From NCBI GenBank assembly GCA_019348355.1, contig JAHWJP010000002.1, forward strand, positions 758 through 64,757: a stretch of 64,000 bases of DNA, in the 5' to 3' direction. The stretch comes from Actinomycetota bacterium. Its GTDB lineage: Bacteria; Actinomycetota; Actinomycetes; Mycobacteriales; SCTD01. Position numbers and translations under genes: made by a program. This document shows positions 19,202 through 28,475 of this stretch, piece after piece; position 1 is the stretch's first letter; every line of letters starts with the position of its first letter. The notes below the pieces were generated by a model. That model was not told the origin of the DNA. It made no database searches and worked only from the letters and a program-made list of their open reading frames with translations.

Positions 19202-19359
19202 GAGGCCTCCGGCTGGTTCGCGCGGCTACGACGGGAGTCGTGACGCTATGTCTCGTTCGGCACAACGAGCCGCAAGGGACAAGGTGACTGGGCCGAACGG
19301 TCTAATTCTCCCGGGTCGCCCGAGGCGCGGTCAAGCACCGCAACGGGGAGGATGAGCCG

Positions 19360-20406
19360 GTGACCTACGAGGGCATCGACGACCGCCCTTGCCCGGGCCC
19401 GCCCGTCGATGCGCTGCTGCTGGTCTCCTTCGGGGGTCCCGAAGGACCGGCCGACGTGGAACCCTTCCTGCGCAACGTGATTCGCGGAAGAGACGTCCCC
19501 GCCGCCAGGCTGGAGGAGGTCAGCCGTCACTACCTCGAGATCTTCGGGGGCGTCTCGCCCATCAACGCGCAGGCCCGTGCTCTGAAGGCGGCGCTGGAAG
19601 CCCAATTGGCAGCTCACGGCCCGCAACTGCCGGTCTACTGGGGCAACCGCAACTGGCAGCCCTACCTCGTCGAGGCCGTGCGGCAGATGCGCGACGACGG
19701 CGTACGACACGCCCTCGCCGTCGTCACCAGCGCGTTCCCCTCCTACAGCGGCTGCCGGCAGTACCGCGAGGACTGGTGGCGCGCCCGCCACGAGGTCGGT
19801 GACGACGCACCCCTCGTCAGCAAGCTGCGGCACTACTGGGCCGAGGACGGCTTCCTCGAGCCGATGGCGGCCAACGTCGCGGCCACGCTGCCGTCCCCGG
19901 GCGCGCGGCTGGTCTTCACCGCCCACTCCATCCCCGTCTCCATGGCCGCGACCAGTGGGCCGACGGGCGGGGCGTACGTCCAGACGTTGCGCTCGGCGGC
20001 CGCCGCAGTGGTGGCAAGACTGGACCGGCCGTACGCGTGGGAGTTGGTCTTCCAGTCGCGCAGCGGCCCGCCGCAGGTCCCCTGGCTGGAGCCGGACGTG
20101 GGGGACCACCTGGTCGCCCTGCACGCCGAGGGGGTGACCGAGGCGGTGCTCGTCCCGATCGGTTTCACCAGCGACCACGTCGAGGTGCTCTACGACCTCG
20201 ATGTGCAGGCACAGCAGCGGGTCTCGCAACTCGAGGGATTCACCCTCGAGCGGGCTGCCACGGTGGGGACCCACCCGGATTTCGTGGCCATGCTGCGCAG
20301 CCTGGTGGTCGAGCGGCTGGCCGGCGAGGAGCAGCCGTCGCATGGCGCGACCGCCACGTACGACCGGTGTCCGGTGGGCTGCTGCCCCCCGGCCCGCCCG
20401 CGCTAG
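19360..20406 (+). CDS. hemH: Ferrochelatase (coproporphyrin ferrochelatase)
   Basis: SFGGPEG, GGVSPIN, FTAHSIP, QSRSGPPQVPWLEPD, DHVEVLYDLD, C-terminal CPVGCC. Confidence 0.96.
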   Translation: MTYEGIDDRPCPGPPVDALLLVSFGGPEGPADVEPFLRNVIRGRDVPAARLEEVSRHYLEIFGGVSPINAQARALKAALEAQLAAHGPQLPVYWGNRNWQPYLVEAVRQMRDDGVRHALAVVTSAFPSYSGCRQYREDWWRARHEVGDDAPLVSKLRHYWAEDGFLEPMAANVAATLPSPGARLVFTAHSIPVSMAATSGPTGGAYVQTLRSAAAAVVARLDRPYAWELVFQSRSGPPQVPWLEPDVGDHLVALHAEGVTEAVLVPIGFTSDHVEVLYDLDVQAQQRVSQLEGFTLERAATVGTHPDFVAMLRSLVVERLAGEEQPSHGATATYDRCPVGCCPPARPR

Positions 20407-20441
20407 CTGCCCCGCACCACCCCCCTGCCGCAGCTCGTGAA

Positions 20442-20510
20442 GATCATCCGCACGATCGCCGTCCTAGCAGCGGAAGGCTCCGGCTGAGCACGGCGATGCT
20501 GCGGATGATC
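20442..20510. repeat. GATC-terminated REP/MITE-like hairpin, copy 1
   Basis: GATCATCCGCA-cg-ATCGCCGT...ACGGCGAT-gc-TGCGGATGATC between convergent hemH and serB. Confidence 0.8.
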
Positions 20511-21711
20511 AACCGTGAGGTGGCGGGTCGACGGCGTCGGCTGCGTCCGCTGCGTCGGCGGCCTCGACCTCCTCGCGCGGGATGCCCAGCAGGAACAGCA
20601 CGGCGTCGAGGAACGGCACCGACAGGGCGGCGTCGGCCGCTGCCCGCACGACGGGCTTGGCGTTGAAGGCGATCCCGAGCCCGGCTGCCGCGAGCATGTC
20701 GAGGTCGTTGGCCCCGTCGCCGATCGCCACCGTCTGCGCCATCGAGACCCGCTGCAGGGCGGCGAACTCGCGCAGCGCCTCGGCCTTGCGCGCCCGGTCG
20801 ACGACCGGTCCGACGAGCCCACCTGTCAGGCGCCCGTCGACGACCTCGAGGGTGTTGGCGAGCGCGTGGTCCAGACCGAGGTCAGCGACGAGATCGTCTG
20901 TGATGGAGGTGAACCCGCCGCTGACGATGCCGACCGCATAGCCGAGCCGGTGGAGCGTGCGCACGAGCGTACGACCGCCCGGGGTGATGCGGACCTGCGC
21001 CCGGACCGCGTCGACGGCGGCGACCGGCAGCCCCTGCAGCAGGGCGACCCGCGTGCGCAGGGAGGTCTCGAAGTCGAGCTTCCCGGCCATCGCGCAGGCG
21101 GTGATGCGGGCCACCTCCGCCGTGCAGCCCGCCTCCGCCGCGAGCATCTCGATGACCTCGCCCTGCACCAGGGTCGAGTCGACGTCCATGACCACGAGCC
21201 GACGGGCGCGGCGCCACAGGGTCGCGGCCTCCACGGCGATGTCGATCTCCTGCGCCACCGCCTCGGCGGCCAGCTCGGTGCGCAGCCGGGCGGTGTCGCC
21301 GCCGAACACGAGCAGGTCGTAAGCCGCGAGCGGGAAGCTCGACAGCCGCAGGACCCGCTCGATGTTGACCCCGCAGCCGGCCAGCCGGCGGGCGACGCCC
21401 GCGAACGCGGCCGGCAGCAGGGGAGCTGCGAGCACGATGACGTGGTGGCGGAGGCCGGCTTCGTCGCGCGCGGAGCCCGGCAGCGCAGTGCACTCCACCT
21501 CGACACCGAGCTCGACCGCCCGCGCGGCGACCGCAGTCACCAGCGCCGGCTCGTCCTCGTACCCGTGTACCGCGACGCCGAGCAGCAGCCGGTCGTGGAC
21601 GACGACCTGCTCGACATCGCTCACCTGCGCCCGGTGTGCGGCGAGCACGTCGAACAGCGCCGCAGTCACCCCCGGGTGGTCCGGGCCGGTGACGGTGAGC
21701 AGCAGGCTCAC
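20509..21711 (-). CDS. serB: Phosphoserine phosphatase with ACT domains
   Basis: TGPDHPG ACT motif, MDVDSTL (DxDxT), VSGGF, GDGAND. Confidence 0.96.
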   Translation of the reverse strand: MSLLLTVTGPDHPGVTAALFDVLAAHRAQVSDVEQVVVHDRLLLGVAVHGYEDEPALVTAVAARAVELGVEVECTALPGSARDEAGLRHHVIVLAAPLLPAAFAGVARRLAGCGVNIERVLRLSSFPLAAYDLLVFGGDTARLRTELAAEAVAQEIDIAVEAATLWRRARRLVVMDVDSTLVQGEVIEMLAAEAGCTAEVARITACAMAGKLDFETSLRTRVALLQGLPVAAVDAVRAQVRITPGGRTLVRTLHRLGYAVGIVSGGFTSITDDLVADLGLDHALANTLEVVDGRLTGGLVGPVVDRARKAEALREFAALQRVSMAQTVAIGDGANDLDMLAAAGLGIAFNAKPVVRAAADAALSVPFLDAVLFLLGIPREEVEAADAADAADAVDPPPHG

Positions 21712-22502
21712 GGGGCCAGCCCGTAGGCGTTGTAGCCCGCGACCCGCGCGCGTCGCACCAGCCGGGCCAGCTCACGCAGGGCCATCTCCCTGCCGAGGGA
21801 CTCGCGGGTGTCGAGCGCGCCGCCGTCGTCCTCCCCGGCGAGAACGAGGACCCCGGCGAGCTGGCGGGCCCGGACGAGCAGCTGCCGGGCCCGCTGCGGG
21901 TAGCCGCCCGGCAACTCCTCGTCGTCGATGCCACCTCGCGCCTCGCGACGCAGGTCGGCCAGGGCGTCCGTCAGCTCCGGGCGCCAGCGGGCGACGTCGA
22001 GGGTGCGTAGGACACCCGCACACTCGAGCAGCCCCCGGCGCAGGTCGTGCTCGGCGTCGTGCAGGAAAGGTCCCGGGTCGGGGCCGGGCGCCACCACGTC
22101 GTAGGCCGTCCAGGTCACCGTCGTCACGGTCCCGTCGAAGGGCGAGCCGTGGACCGTGAGTGTCGGCACGAGGCCGCTGCCGCTGCCGTCCGCGCGCAGC
22201 GCCAGCACGCCCTCGCTGGCCTCCAGCGCCGCCGCCGTGAACGGTCCCGGCCGGGGCAGACCGAGCGCGTCGCCCGGGGCGGGCAGCACGAGCCGCAGCC
22301 GAGCCACCCCGTCCGCGCGCAGCCGCGCGACGGCGCGCTCCAGCGGCAGGCTCCCGGCCGTCAGCCCCTGCACGAGATGTCCACCGTCATAGGCGCTCAC
22401 CCGTGCGACGAGCTCGGGAAGCGCGGCGTCGCCAGCCAGCCAGGCGTTGCCCCATGCGGCCAGCAGCGCGCTGCGGGGAGGGTTGCCCGCGACGGTCGAC
22501 AC
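21708..22502 (-). CDS. Conserved actinobacterial hypothetical protein
   Basis: PRSALLAAWGNAWLAG, LPAPGDALGLP; coupled to serB. Start GTG 22502 is inferred. Confidence 0.8.
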   Translation of the reverse strand: MSTVAGNPPRSALLAAWGNAWLAGDAALPELVARVSAYDGGHLVQGLTAGSLPLERAVARLRADGVARLRLVLPAPGDALGLPRPGPFTAAALEASEGVLALRADGSGSGLVPTLTVHGSPFDGTVTTVTWTAYDVVAPGPDPGPFLHDAEHDLRRGLLECAGVLRTLDVARWRPELTDALADLRREARGGIDDEELPGGYPQRARQLLVRARQLAGVLVLAGEDDGGALDTRESLGREMALRELARLVRRARVAGYNAYGLAP

Positions 22503-22552
22503 GAGCCCCGAGGCTACCGGGGAAGGTCGCACGCAACGTCTAGCGTCTGGAT

Positions 22553-23359
22553 GTGCGCAGCCACTCCTACGACCCGTCGAGCCTGACCGCCCGTGGGTCC
22601 AGGCGCGTTCCTCCGACGGTGCCGGCCGACGCCGGGCTTGTGCTGGAGGAGGTGACGACCGGCTGGTGCGGCGCTGTGGTCGAGGTCGACCGGGAGCGCG
22701 TCAGCCTCGAGGACCGCCACGGGAAGGTGCGTGTCTTTCCCTTACAGACAGCGGGATTCCTGCTCGAGGGCCAGCCGGTGACGCTTTCCCGACCGGTACG
22801 GGCGGTCGCCGGCGCTCCCCGGCGTACCGCCTCGGGGTCGGTCCCGGTCTCCGGTCGCCCGGCGCAGGTCGCGAAGGCCAGTCGGATCTGGGTGGAGGGC
22901 ACCCACGACGCCGAGCTGGTCGAGCGGGTCTGGGGGGACGACCTGCGGGTGGAGGGCGTCGTCGTCGAGCCGCTCGACGGGGTGGACGACCTGGCCTCGC
23001 ACGTCGCCGCGTTCCGCCCCGCCCGAGAACGGCGGCTCGGCGTGCTCGTCGACCACCTGGTGCCGGGCAGCAAGGAGAGCCGCATCGTGGCGAGGGTGAG
23101 CGACCCGCACGTGCTGGTGACCGGCCACCCTTACGTCGACGTCTGGCAGGCCGTGAAGCCGGCCGCCGTCGGCATCGCCGCCTGGCCGGTGGTGCCACGG
23201 GACCGACCGTGGAAAGAGGGTGTCTGCGCCGCCCTCGGCTGGGGCGAGAGCTGGCAGGGCTGGCGCCGGGTGCTGGCCGCGGTCGAGGACTACACCGACC
23301 TCGAGGTGCCGCTGCTGCGTTCGGTCGAGATGCTGATCGACTTCGTCACGGCCGACTGA
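22553..23359 (+). CDS. DUF3097 family protein
   Basis: RTASGS, ASRIWVEGTHDAELVERVWGDDLRVEG, LVDHLVPGSKE. Confidence 0.92.
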   Translation: MRSHSYDPSSLTARGSRRVPPTVPADAGLVLEEVTTGWCGAVVEVDRERVSLEDRHGKVRVFPLQTAGFLLEGQPVTLSRPVRAVAGAPRRTASGSVPVSGRPAQVAKASRIWVEGTHDAELVERVWGDDLRVEGVVVEPLDGVDDLASHVAAFRPARERRLGVLVDHLVPGSKESRIVARVSDPHVLVTGHPYVDVWQAVKPAAVGIAAWPVVPRDRPWKEGVCAALGWGESWQGWRRVLAAVEDYTDLEVPLLRSVEMLIDFVTAD

Positions 23360-23360
23360 G

Positions 23361-23630
23361 GTGACCTCTCCCGCCGCCTCGCGCGCCGACGACGCGGCCG
23401 CCGCGGAGCGCGAGCCGGTCGCGGCGGGCGACCTGTCCTGGCGAGCCGCGGGAGATCTGCGCCGCGAGATTCACAGCCTGGTAGGCCAGCTCGCGGCGCG
23501 TACCGGCGTGAAGCACGGCATCGTGCATGGGCGGGTGTGCACGGCCGTGCCCGGTCCGCCGTCCGCGGCGGCTCCGGTCGATGTGCTCAGCGCTCGGCGC
23601 GACTGGCTGCTCGAGCAGACCGGCGGCTGA
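23361..23630 (+). CDS. Small protein resembling the C-terminal domain of actinobacterial DEAD/DEAH (Rv2917-like) helicases
   Basis: LRREIHSLVG...RTGVKHGIVH...PGPPSA...LSARRDWL; starts 1 nt after the DUF3097 stop. Confidence 0.6.
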   Translation: MTSPAASRADDAAAAEREPVAAGDLSWRAAGDLRREIHSLVGQLAARTGVKHGIVHGRVCTAVPGPPSAAAPVDVLSARRDWLLEQTGG

Positions 23631-23639
23631 GGGTGGAGC

Positions 23640-23852
23640 TCACTTCGCGTCGTCCATGATCTTACCGGTGAATCCGAGCACGATGCCGGCGATGCCCGCG
23701 ATGACGCCGACCACGGCCAGCGGGAGGTTCTGGAACACCATCGCGAAGCCCAGCAGCACGCTGGACAGGACCAGGGTCAGCACGGTGACCCACGAGCGCG
23801 TCTGGTGCTTGTGGGAGGTGTGGGCCATGGAGGTGTCGCCGAGATCGGCCAT
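23640..23852 (-). CDS. Small 2-TM membrane protein (HGxxPAAW-like)
   Basis: His-rich N-terminus, SWVTV, two TM helices; AAGGA RBS. Confidence 0.7.
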   Translation of the reverse strand: MADLGDTSMAHTSHKHQTRSWVTVLTLVLSSVLLGFAMVFQNLPLAVVGVIAGIAGIVLGFTGKIMDDAK

Positions 23853-23906
23853 CGGGTTCCTTCGCGTGCGTGGGATGTGACGGCGCCCAGCCTAGCGGCG
23901 CGGTGC

Positions 23907-24781
23907 TCACCAGGCCTGGGCCACCAGCTCGGCCAGCAGCTGGTCGGGGTCGCGGTCCCAGCCTCGGGACCGAAACCACGCGCAGGCGTTGCGGCAGTCC
24001 CTCGCCAGGAAGTTCAGCCCCTGCGGGTTGGCCACGATGTCGACGGCCTGCGGCACGTCGATGATCACGAGCCGGTCGTCGGCAGCGAGCAGGTTGTACG
24101 CCGAGAGGTCGCCGTGGGTGACGCCCATGCCGGCCATGACCGCCATGGCGTGCGTGAGCTGCTCCCAGTACGACGCGAGGCGGGCCGGATCGGGCCGGGT
24201 CTGCGCCAGCCGCGGTGCCGCGGTCCCGTCCGCCAGCGTGATCAGCTCCAGCAAGAGCTCGGTGCCGTCCAGCTGGACCGGATAGGGGACGGACAGCCCC
24301 GCGCTCCACAGCCGTCCGAGGTGCTCGAACTCCGCGATCGCCCACTGCTGGGCCTCTACCGCGCGGCCCCATCGGGTGCCCTTCGCGGCCGCCCGCCGTC
24401 GCGACTGTTGCGCATCCGGCGCCCCTCCTGGTAACCCGAGTCGCGGTGGAAGAGCCGGTGGTCGTGGCCGCGGTAACGCTTGGCGGCCAGCGCGCAGGAC
24501 TGCTCGGCGGTACCGCGTTCGAGCAGGAAGACGTCCGCCTCCTTGCCGGTCTTGAGGATCCCCAGCTCGGTGTCGACCGCTGTATCGGCCGTGATCACCC
24601 AGTCCGGCCAGGGCTGCGGGCCGGCCAGCACCCCGATGTCGTCCCAGGTGGACCAGCGCTGCCCGGGCAGCAGGGGGGCGGGTGCTACGAGCCCGGGCTG
24701 GCCGGTGCCGGGTTCGACGCCGGCAGCGGAGGTGCTGAACGACGCGGGACATAGTGGGTCTGGTGCGGAGCGGTTCGACAT
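23907..24781 (-). pseudogene. RIO1 family atypical kinase with a single frameshift near 24396
   Basis: LGILKTGKEADV and AAKRYR are in one frame; VPYP, HGDLSAYN and IIDVPQ are in the next. May be a sequencing error. Confidence 0.88.
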
Positions 24782-24948
24782 GAGAGGTGGGATCTCCTGG
24801 AGCGAGAGGGACGTGCGAACGGTGGCGACAGCCAGGGCGCGTAGGACATGTCAGCTCCCTCCGGTGGGCCAGGCCTCCCGGTGAGACCCCTCGGCGGGCA
24901 GGTTCCACCCGATTCGGTGCGCCGGGCAAACCCTTTTCGGACTTCTCT

Positions 24949-25755
24949 GTGACCTTCGAGCAGGTCGCCGACCCCGCCGACCCCCGGGTTGCCGACTTCG
25001 TCGGGCTCACCGACGGCGCCCGGCGGATGCGCCACGAGGCGGGCGCCGGCTTCTTCATCGCCGAGGGCGAGAAGGTGATCGCCCGGACGGCCGCTGCCGG
25101 CTATCCCGCGCGGTCGCTGCTGCTGTCCCCGCAACGGCTCGCCGACCTGACCCCGGCCGTTGCCGCGCTGACCTGCCCCGTCTACGTCGCGTCGTACGAC
25201 GTCCTGCAGGCCGTCACCGGCTTCCACGTGCACCGGGGGGCGCTGGCCTCCTTCGGCCGCCTGCCGCTGCGCACCGCCGCCGACGTGCTCGCCGGCGCCC
25301 GCCGGGTGGTGGTGATGGAGGCGGTGACCAACCACACCAACCTCGGTGCGGTCTTCCGCAGCGCTGCCGCGCTGGGCATGGACGCCGTCCTGCTCAGCCC
25401 TACCTCATGCGACCCCCTCTACCGGCGGACCGTGAGAGTCTCCATGGGGCAGGTGTTCTCAGTCCCCTACGCCTATCTCGAGCGGTGGCCCGAGGGCATC
25501 GAGGACGTACGGTCGGCCGGCTTCCGTGTCCTGGCCCTCACCCCCGACGCGGACGCGACCGACCTGGGCGCGGTCCGGCCGGGGCCGCACGAGAAGCTCG
25601 CGCTGGTGTTCGGGGCGGAGGGTCCGGGCCTGAGCGAGTCGGTGTTGGCCGCCAGTGACGAGCGGGTGCGCATCCCCATGGCGGCCGGCGTCGACTCGCT
25701 GAACGTCGGCGCGGCGGCGGCAGTCGCCTGCTGGGTGCTCGGACGGCGACCATGA
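24949..25755 (+). CDS. TrmH/SpoU family RNA methyltransferase
   Basis: NLGAVFRSAAALG, FGAEGPGL, VDSLNVGAA SPOUT motifs. Confidence 0.94.
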   Translation: MTFEQVADPADPRVADFVGLTDGARRMRHEAGAGFFIAEGEKVIARTAAAGYPARSLLLSPQRLADLTPAVAALTCPVYVASYDVLQAVTGFHVHRGALASFGRLPLRTAADVLAGARRVVVMEAVTNHTNLGAVFRSAAALGMDAVLLSPTSCDPLYRRTVRVSMGQVFSVPYAYLERWPEGIEDVRSAGFRVLALTPDADATDLGAVRPGPHEKLALVFGAEGPGLSESVLAASDERVRIPMAAGVDSLNVGAAAAVACWVLGRRP

Positions 25756-25790
25756 TGGCGCTGGATCACCGGACACGGCAGGATGCGCGC

Positions 25791-26240
25791 ATGAACCGAC
25801 TGCTGCTCGTGCTTTCCGCGCTCGCGCTCGTCCTGTCGGCGTGCGGCGGCGACCCCAAGAAGGAGTTCATCGAGGACGCCACCGCGATCTGCCGGCAGGC
25901 CCGCACCGACGTCGCGGCGATACCGGCGCCGACGAGCGCGGCCGGCTTCGCCTCGTTCGCCGAGCAGCTCGTGACCATCGGGACCAAGGCTCAGGAGGAT
26001 CTGGCCGCCCTCACCCCACCCGAGGAAGACCGAGCCGAGCTGCAGACCAGGGTGCTGGACCCCTTCGCCGTACTGATCGAGGAGGGGCGGGTCTTCACCG
26101 ACAAGCTCAAAGCTGCCGGCTCCGACGGCGCCAAGATCTCGGCCTTGATCGCAGAACGTCCCACGACCGGCGACATCGACCTGGAGTACCTGCGGAACTA
26201 CGGTCTGTCTGACTGCGCCGACGCGCTCGACTTCGGCTGA
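25791..26240 (+). CDS. Putative lipoprotein
   Basis: Signal peptide with LSAC lipobox; two further Cys. Confidence 0.8.
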   Translation: MNRLLLVLSALALVLSACGGDPKKEFIEDATAICRQARTDVAAIPAPTSAAGFASFAEQLVTIGTKAQEDLAALTPPEEDRAELQTRVLDPFAVLIEEGRVFTDKLKAAGSDGAKISALIAERPTTGDIDLEYLRNYGLSDCADALDFG

Positions 26241-26259
26241 GCCCGCGCCGCACGCTGGA

Positions 26260-27165
26260 TCACCCGGCTGCGAGGGGCACGAGCAGGCCGAGCACCGGCA
26301 GGGCGAGCACCAGCCCGGTCGCGAGCACCACCGTTGCCCGCCCCGTGCCGCCGAGGGTCGCCGCCGGCTGGACGAGCCGCTGCGCACGCAGCAGCACGCC
26401 GTCCCCGGTCCCGGTCGCGCCGAACCCCCCCTCCGGCACCTGCGCGGCCCCCACCCGGTAGAGCGCCCGCGCGAGCACCTCCCGCGGATGGCGGCGGACC
26501 GCCCGATCGTCGGCGAGCATCTCGATCAGCAGCGCCACCTCCCCCTTCGCCACCAGCACACCGGGCAGCCGCGGGAAGGTCGCCCCGAGAGCGAGGAAGG
26601 GCAGCACCACGAGATCGTGCCGCTGCTCGACATGAGCCTGCTCGTGCGCGAGCACGGCCCGGACCTCGTCCTCGCGCAGCAGGTCGAGCACTCCACGGGA
26701 CAGCACGACCCGCGGCCGCAGCCCGGGCAGGCAGTAGGCCAGCGGCACCTCGTGGTCCACCACGCTGGTGCGCGCCAGCAGCGGGTTACGGGTGGCGACG
26801 AGGTCGACGAGGACGCGGTTGCGGTGGCGGGCGCGCAGCGTGCGTACGGTCGACAGCACCAGCACCGACAGCAGGCGGAGCAGCAGCGCGAGCGCGACGA
26901 GACCGGCGGCGAGCGACCACCAGGGCAGGGCAGCTCTGGAGCTCAGCGAGCGCAGCGCCTCGACATGGGTACCGCCCGCCGGCGCCAGCGCCACCGTCAC
27001 GGAGGTCTCGATCGCCATCACGCCACCGGCGAGCCCCAGCGACTGCCAGAGCAACAGGGCGTACGCCGGCGCGCGTTGCGGCCAGGTGGCCCGGGCCAGT
27101 CGGGCGGGGACCACCCCGGCGAGCAGCACCAGGCACAGGCCGAGGGCTGCCGCCGCCACGAGCAC
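26260..27165 (-). CDS. M56 family (BlaR1-like) membrane metallopeptidase
   Basis: AYCLPG, LAHEQAH (HExxH), EMLADD; TM segments; follows blaI. Confidence 0.92.
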   Translation of the reverse strand: MLVAAAALGLCLVLLAGVVPARLARATWPQRAPAYALLLWQSLGLAGGVMAIETSVTVALAPAGGTHVEALRSLSSRAALPWWSLAAGLVALALLLRLLSVLVLSTVRTLRARHRNRVLVDLVATRNPLLARTSVVDHEVPLAYCLPGLRPRVVLSRGVLDLLREDEVRAVLAHEQAHVEQRHDLVVLPFLALGATFPRLPGVLVAKGEVALLIEMLADDRAVRRHPREVLARALYRVGAAQVPEGGFGATGTGDGVLLRAQRLVQPAATLGGTGRATVVLATGLVLALPVLGLLVPLAAG

Positions 27166-27168
27166 GGA

Positions 27169-27516
27169 CTACTCCAGGTCTTCGAGCGCCCGGCGCAGGG
27201 CCTGCGCCTCGGTCGGGCTCACCGACCGGGCGAAGTGCTGCAGAGCTGCCTCCCGGTCCTGGGCCTGGCCCAGAGCCTGCCGCATCAGCACCGCGATGTG
27301 GTCCTCCCGGGAGGCGACCGCGGTGTAGGTGTATGCCCGGCCGTGCCGGTCGCGTCGCAACAGGCCCTTGCGCTCCAGCCTCGTCAGCACGGTCAGCCAG
27401 GTCGTGTAGGCCAGGCCGCGGTCGGCCAGCCGCTCGGCCACCTGCCGGCCGGTGACCGGCCCACTCTCCCAGGCGACCTGCATCGCGGCGCGCTCGAGAT
27501 CGCCTAGTGAGGTCAC
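27169..27516 (-). CDS. blaI: BlaI/MecI/CopY family repressor
   Basis: LGDLERAAMQVAW, LAYTT.LTVLTRLERKG; -10 TAGTAT lies 7 nt before GTG 27516. Confidence 0.92.
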   Translation of the reverse strand: MTSLGDLERAAMQVAWESGPVTGRQVAERLADRGLAYTTWLTVLTRLERKGLLRRDRHGRAYTYTAVASREDHIAVLMRQALGQAQDREAALQHFARSVSPTEAQALRRALEDLE

Positions 27517-27524
27517 GGTCGGCA

Positions 27525-27559
27525 TACTACCCTCGGTAGAAGTTCTACGTCTTGTAGGA
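27525..27559. promoter_or_regulatory. Tandem BlaI-type operators
   Basis: TACTAC-N5-GTAGAA (27525-27541) and TTCTAC-N5-GTAGGA (27543-27559), overlapping the blaI -10. Confidence 0.75.
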
Positions 27560-27606
27560 GATGATGGGGCCGAGCCCGTCGCGGCTCGACGACTCGAGGA
27601 GGGACC

Positions 27607-27906
27607 GTGCCCGACCTGCTCGGCACCGCTCGCCCTCCCGGCGCCCAGGTCTGGCGCTGGGACTGGCAGCTCGCCGCCCGCTGCCGTGGGCGCGACGAGC
27701 TGTTCTTCCATCCACACGGGGAGCGCGAACCGCTGCGCAGCGAGCGGGAGGCCGCCGCCAAGCAGGTCTGCGCCTCCTGCCCGGTGCGGCGCGAGTGCCA
27801 GCAGCACGCACTCGAAGCGCAGGAGCCGTACGGACTCTGGGGTGGACTGTCCGAAGCCGAGCGCGAGGTGCTGGTGCACGGCCCTCGTCCGCCCCGCAAG
27901 CGCTGA
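27607..27906 (+). CDS. WhiB family Fe-S regulator (WhiB3/WhiD-like)
   Basis: WDWQLAARC, FFHP, AKQVCASCPVRREC, EPYGLWGGL. Confidence 0.95.
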   Translation: MPDLLGTARPPGAQVWRWDWQLAARCRGRDELFFHPHGEREPLRSEREAAAKQVCASCPVRRECQQHALEAQEPYGLWGGLSEAEREVLVHGPRPPRKR

Positions 27907-27952
27907 GCACGCCGCCCCGTGCCGGTTTGACCGCGCGGGGTTGACTGACCGG

Positions 27953-28399
27953 GTGGACGACATCTCACTGCTCGGCTACCCGGTGCGGCTCGGAGCGCTG
28001 CAACAGCAGCGCCAGGACGAGATCGTTCGCGAGTTCCAGCTCCTCGCGATGAGCATCCCGGAGTCGAGGACGCAGGTGCCCGGCCGGCTGCTCGAGCTCG
28101 TCGGCGTGCTGACCTCGCAGTTCGCTGCCGAGATGGTCGAACCGCAGCGACTGCGCGAGCAGGCCGCGGCGTCCGGTGTGGCGCAGGTCGATTTGAGCTA
28201 TCCGGTCCGGCCCGGGATGCGGGAGGCCGTGCTCGCCTGGGAGACGATGATGCGCGAGGTCGACGACTACTGCCGCCGCGGCACGCTGCTCGCGCTCGCG
28301 GCACCGGCCGAGGTGGTCGCCCTGCGGGAATGGACGTTGGGTGAGTTCCTGCGGCAGCTCGACGGCGCGCAGCCCGCCCGCTGGTCAGGTCCGGTCTGA
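27953..28399 (+). CDS. Conserved hypothetical protein
   Basis: LLGYPVRL...DEIVREFQLL...DDYCRRG.LL.LA.P...REW.LGEF.RQL; protein-like composition. Start inferred. Confidence 0.75.
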   Translation: MDDISLLGYPVRLGALQQQRQDEIVREFQLLAMSIPESRTQVPGRLLELVGVLTSQFAAEMVEPQRLREQAAASGVAQVDLSYPVRPGMREAVLAWETMMREVDDYCRRGTLLALAAPAEVVALREWTLGEFLRQLDGAQPARWSGPV

Positions 28400-28475
28400 A
28401 CTCACGGGGCCTTCACCCGGTCGGTGGCATGGTGACCGGGGCAGTGGCGGTGCAGGAGCGGAAACGGAGATCGAC

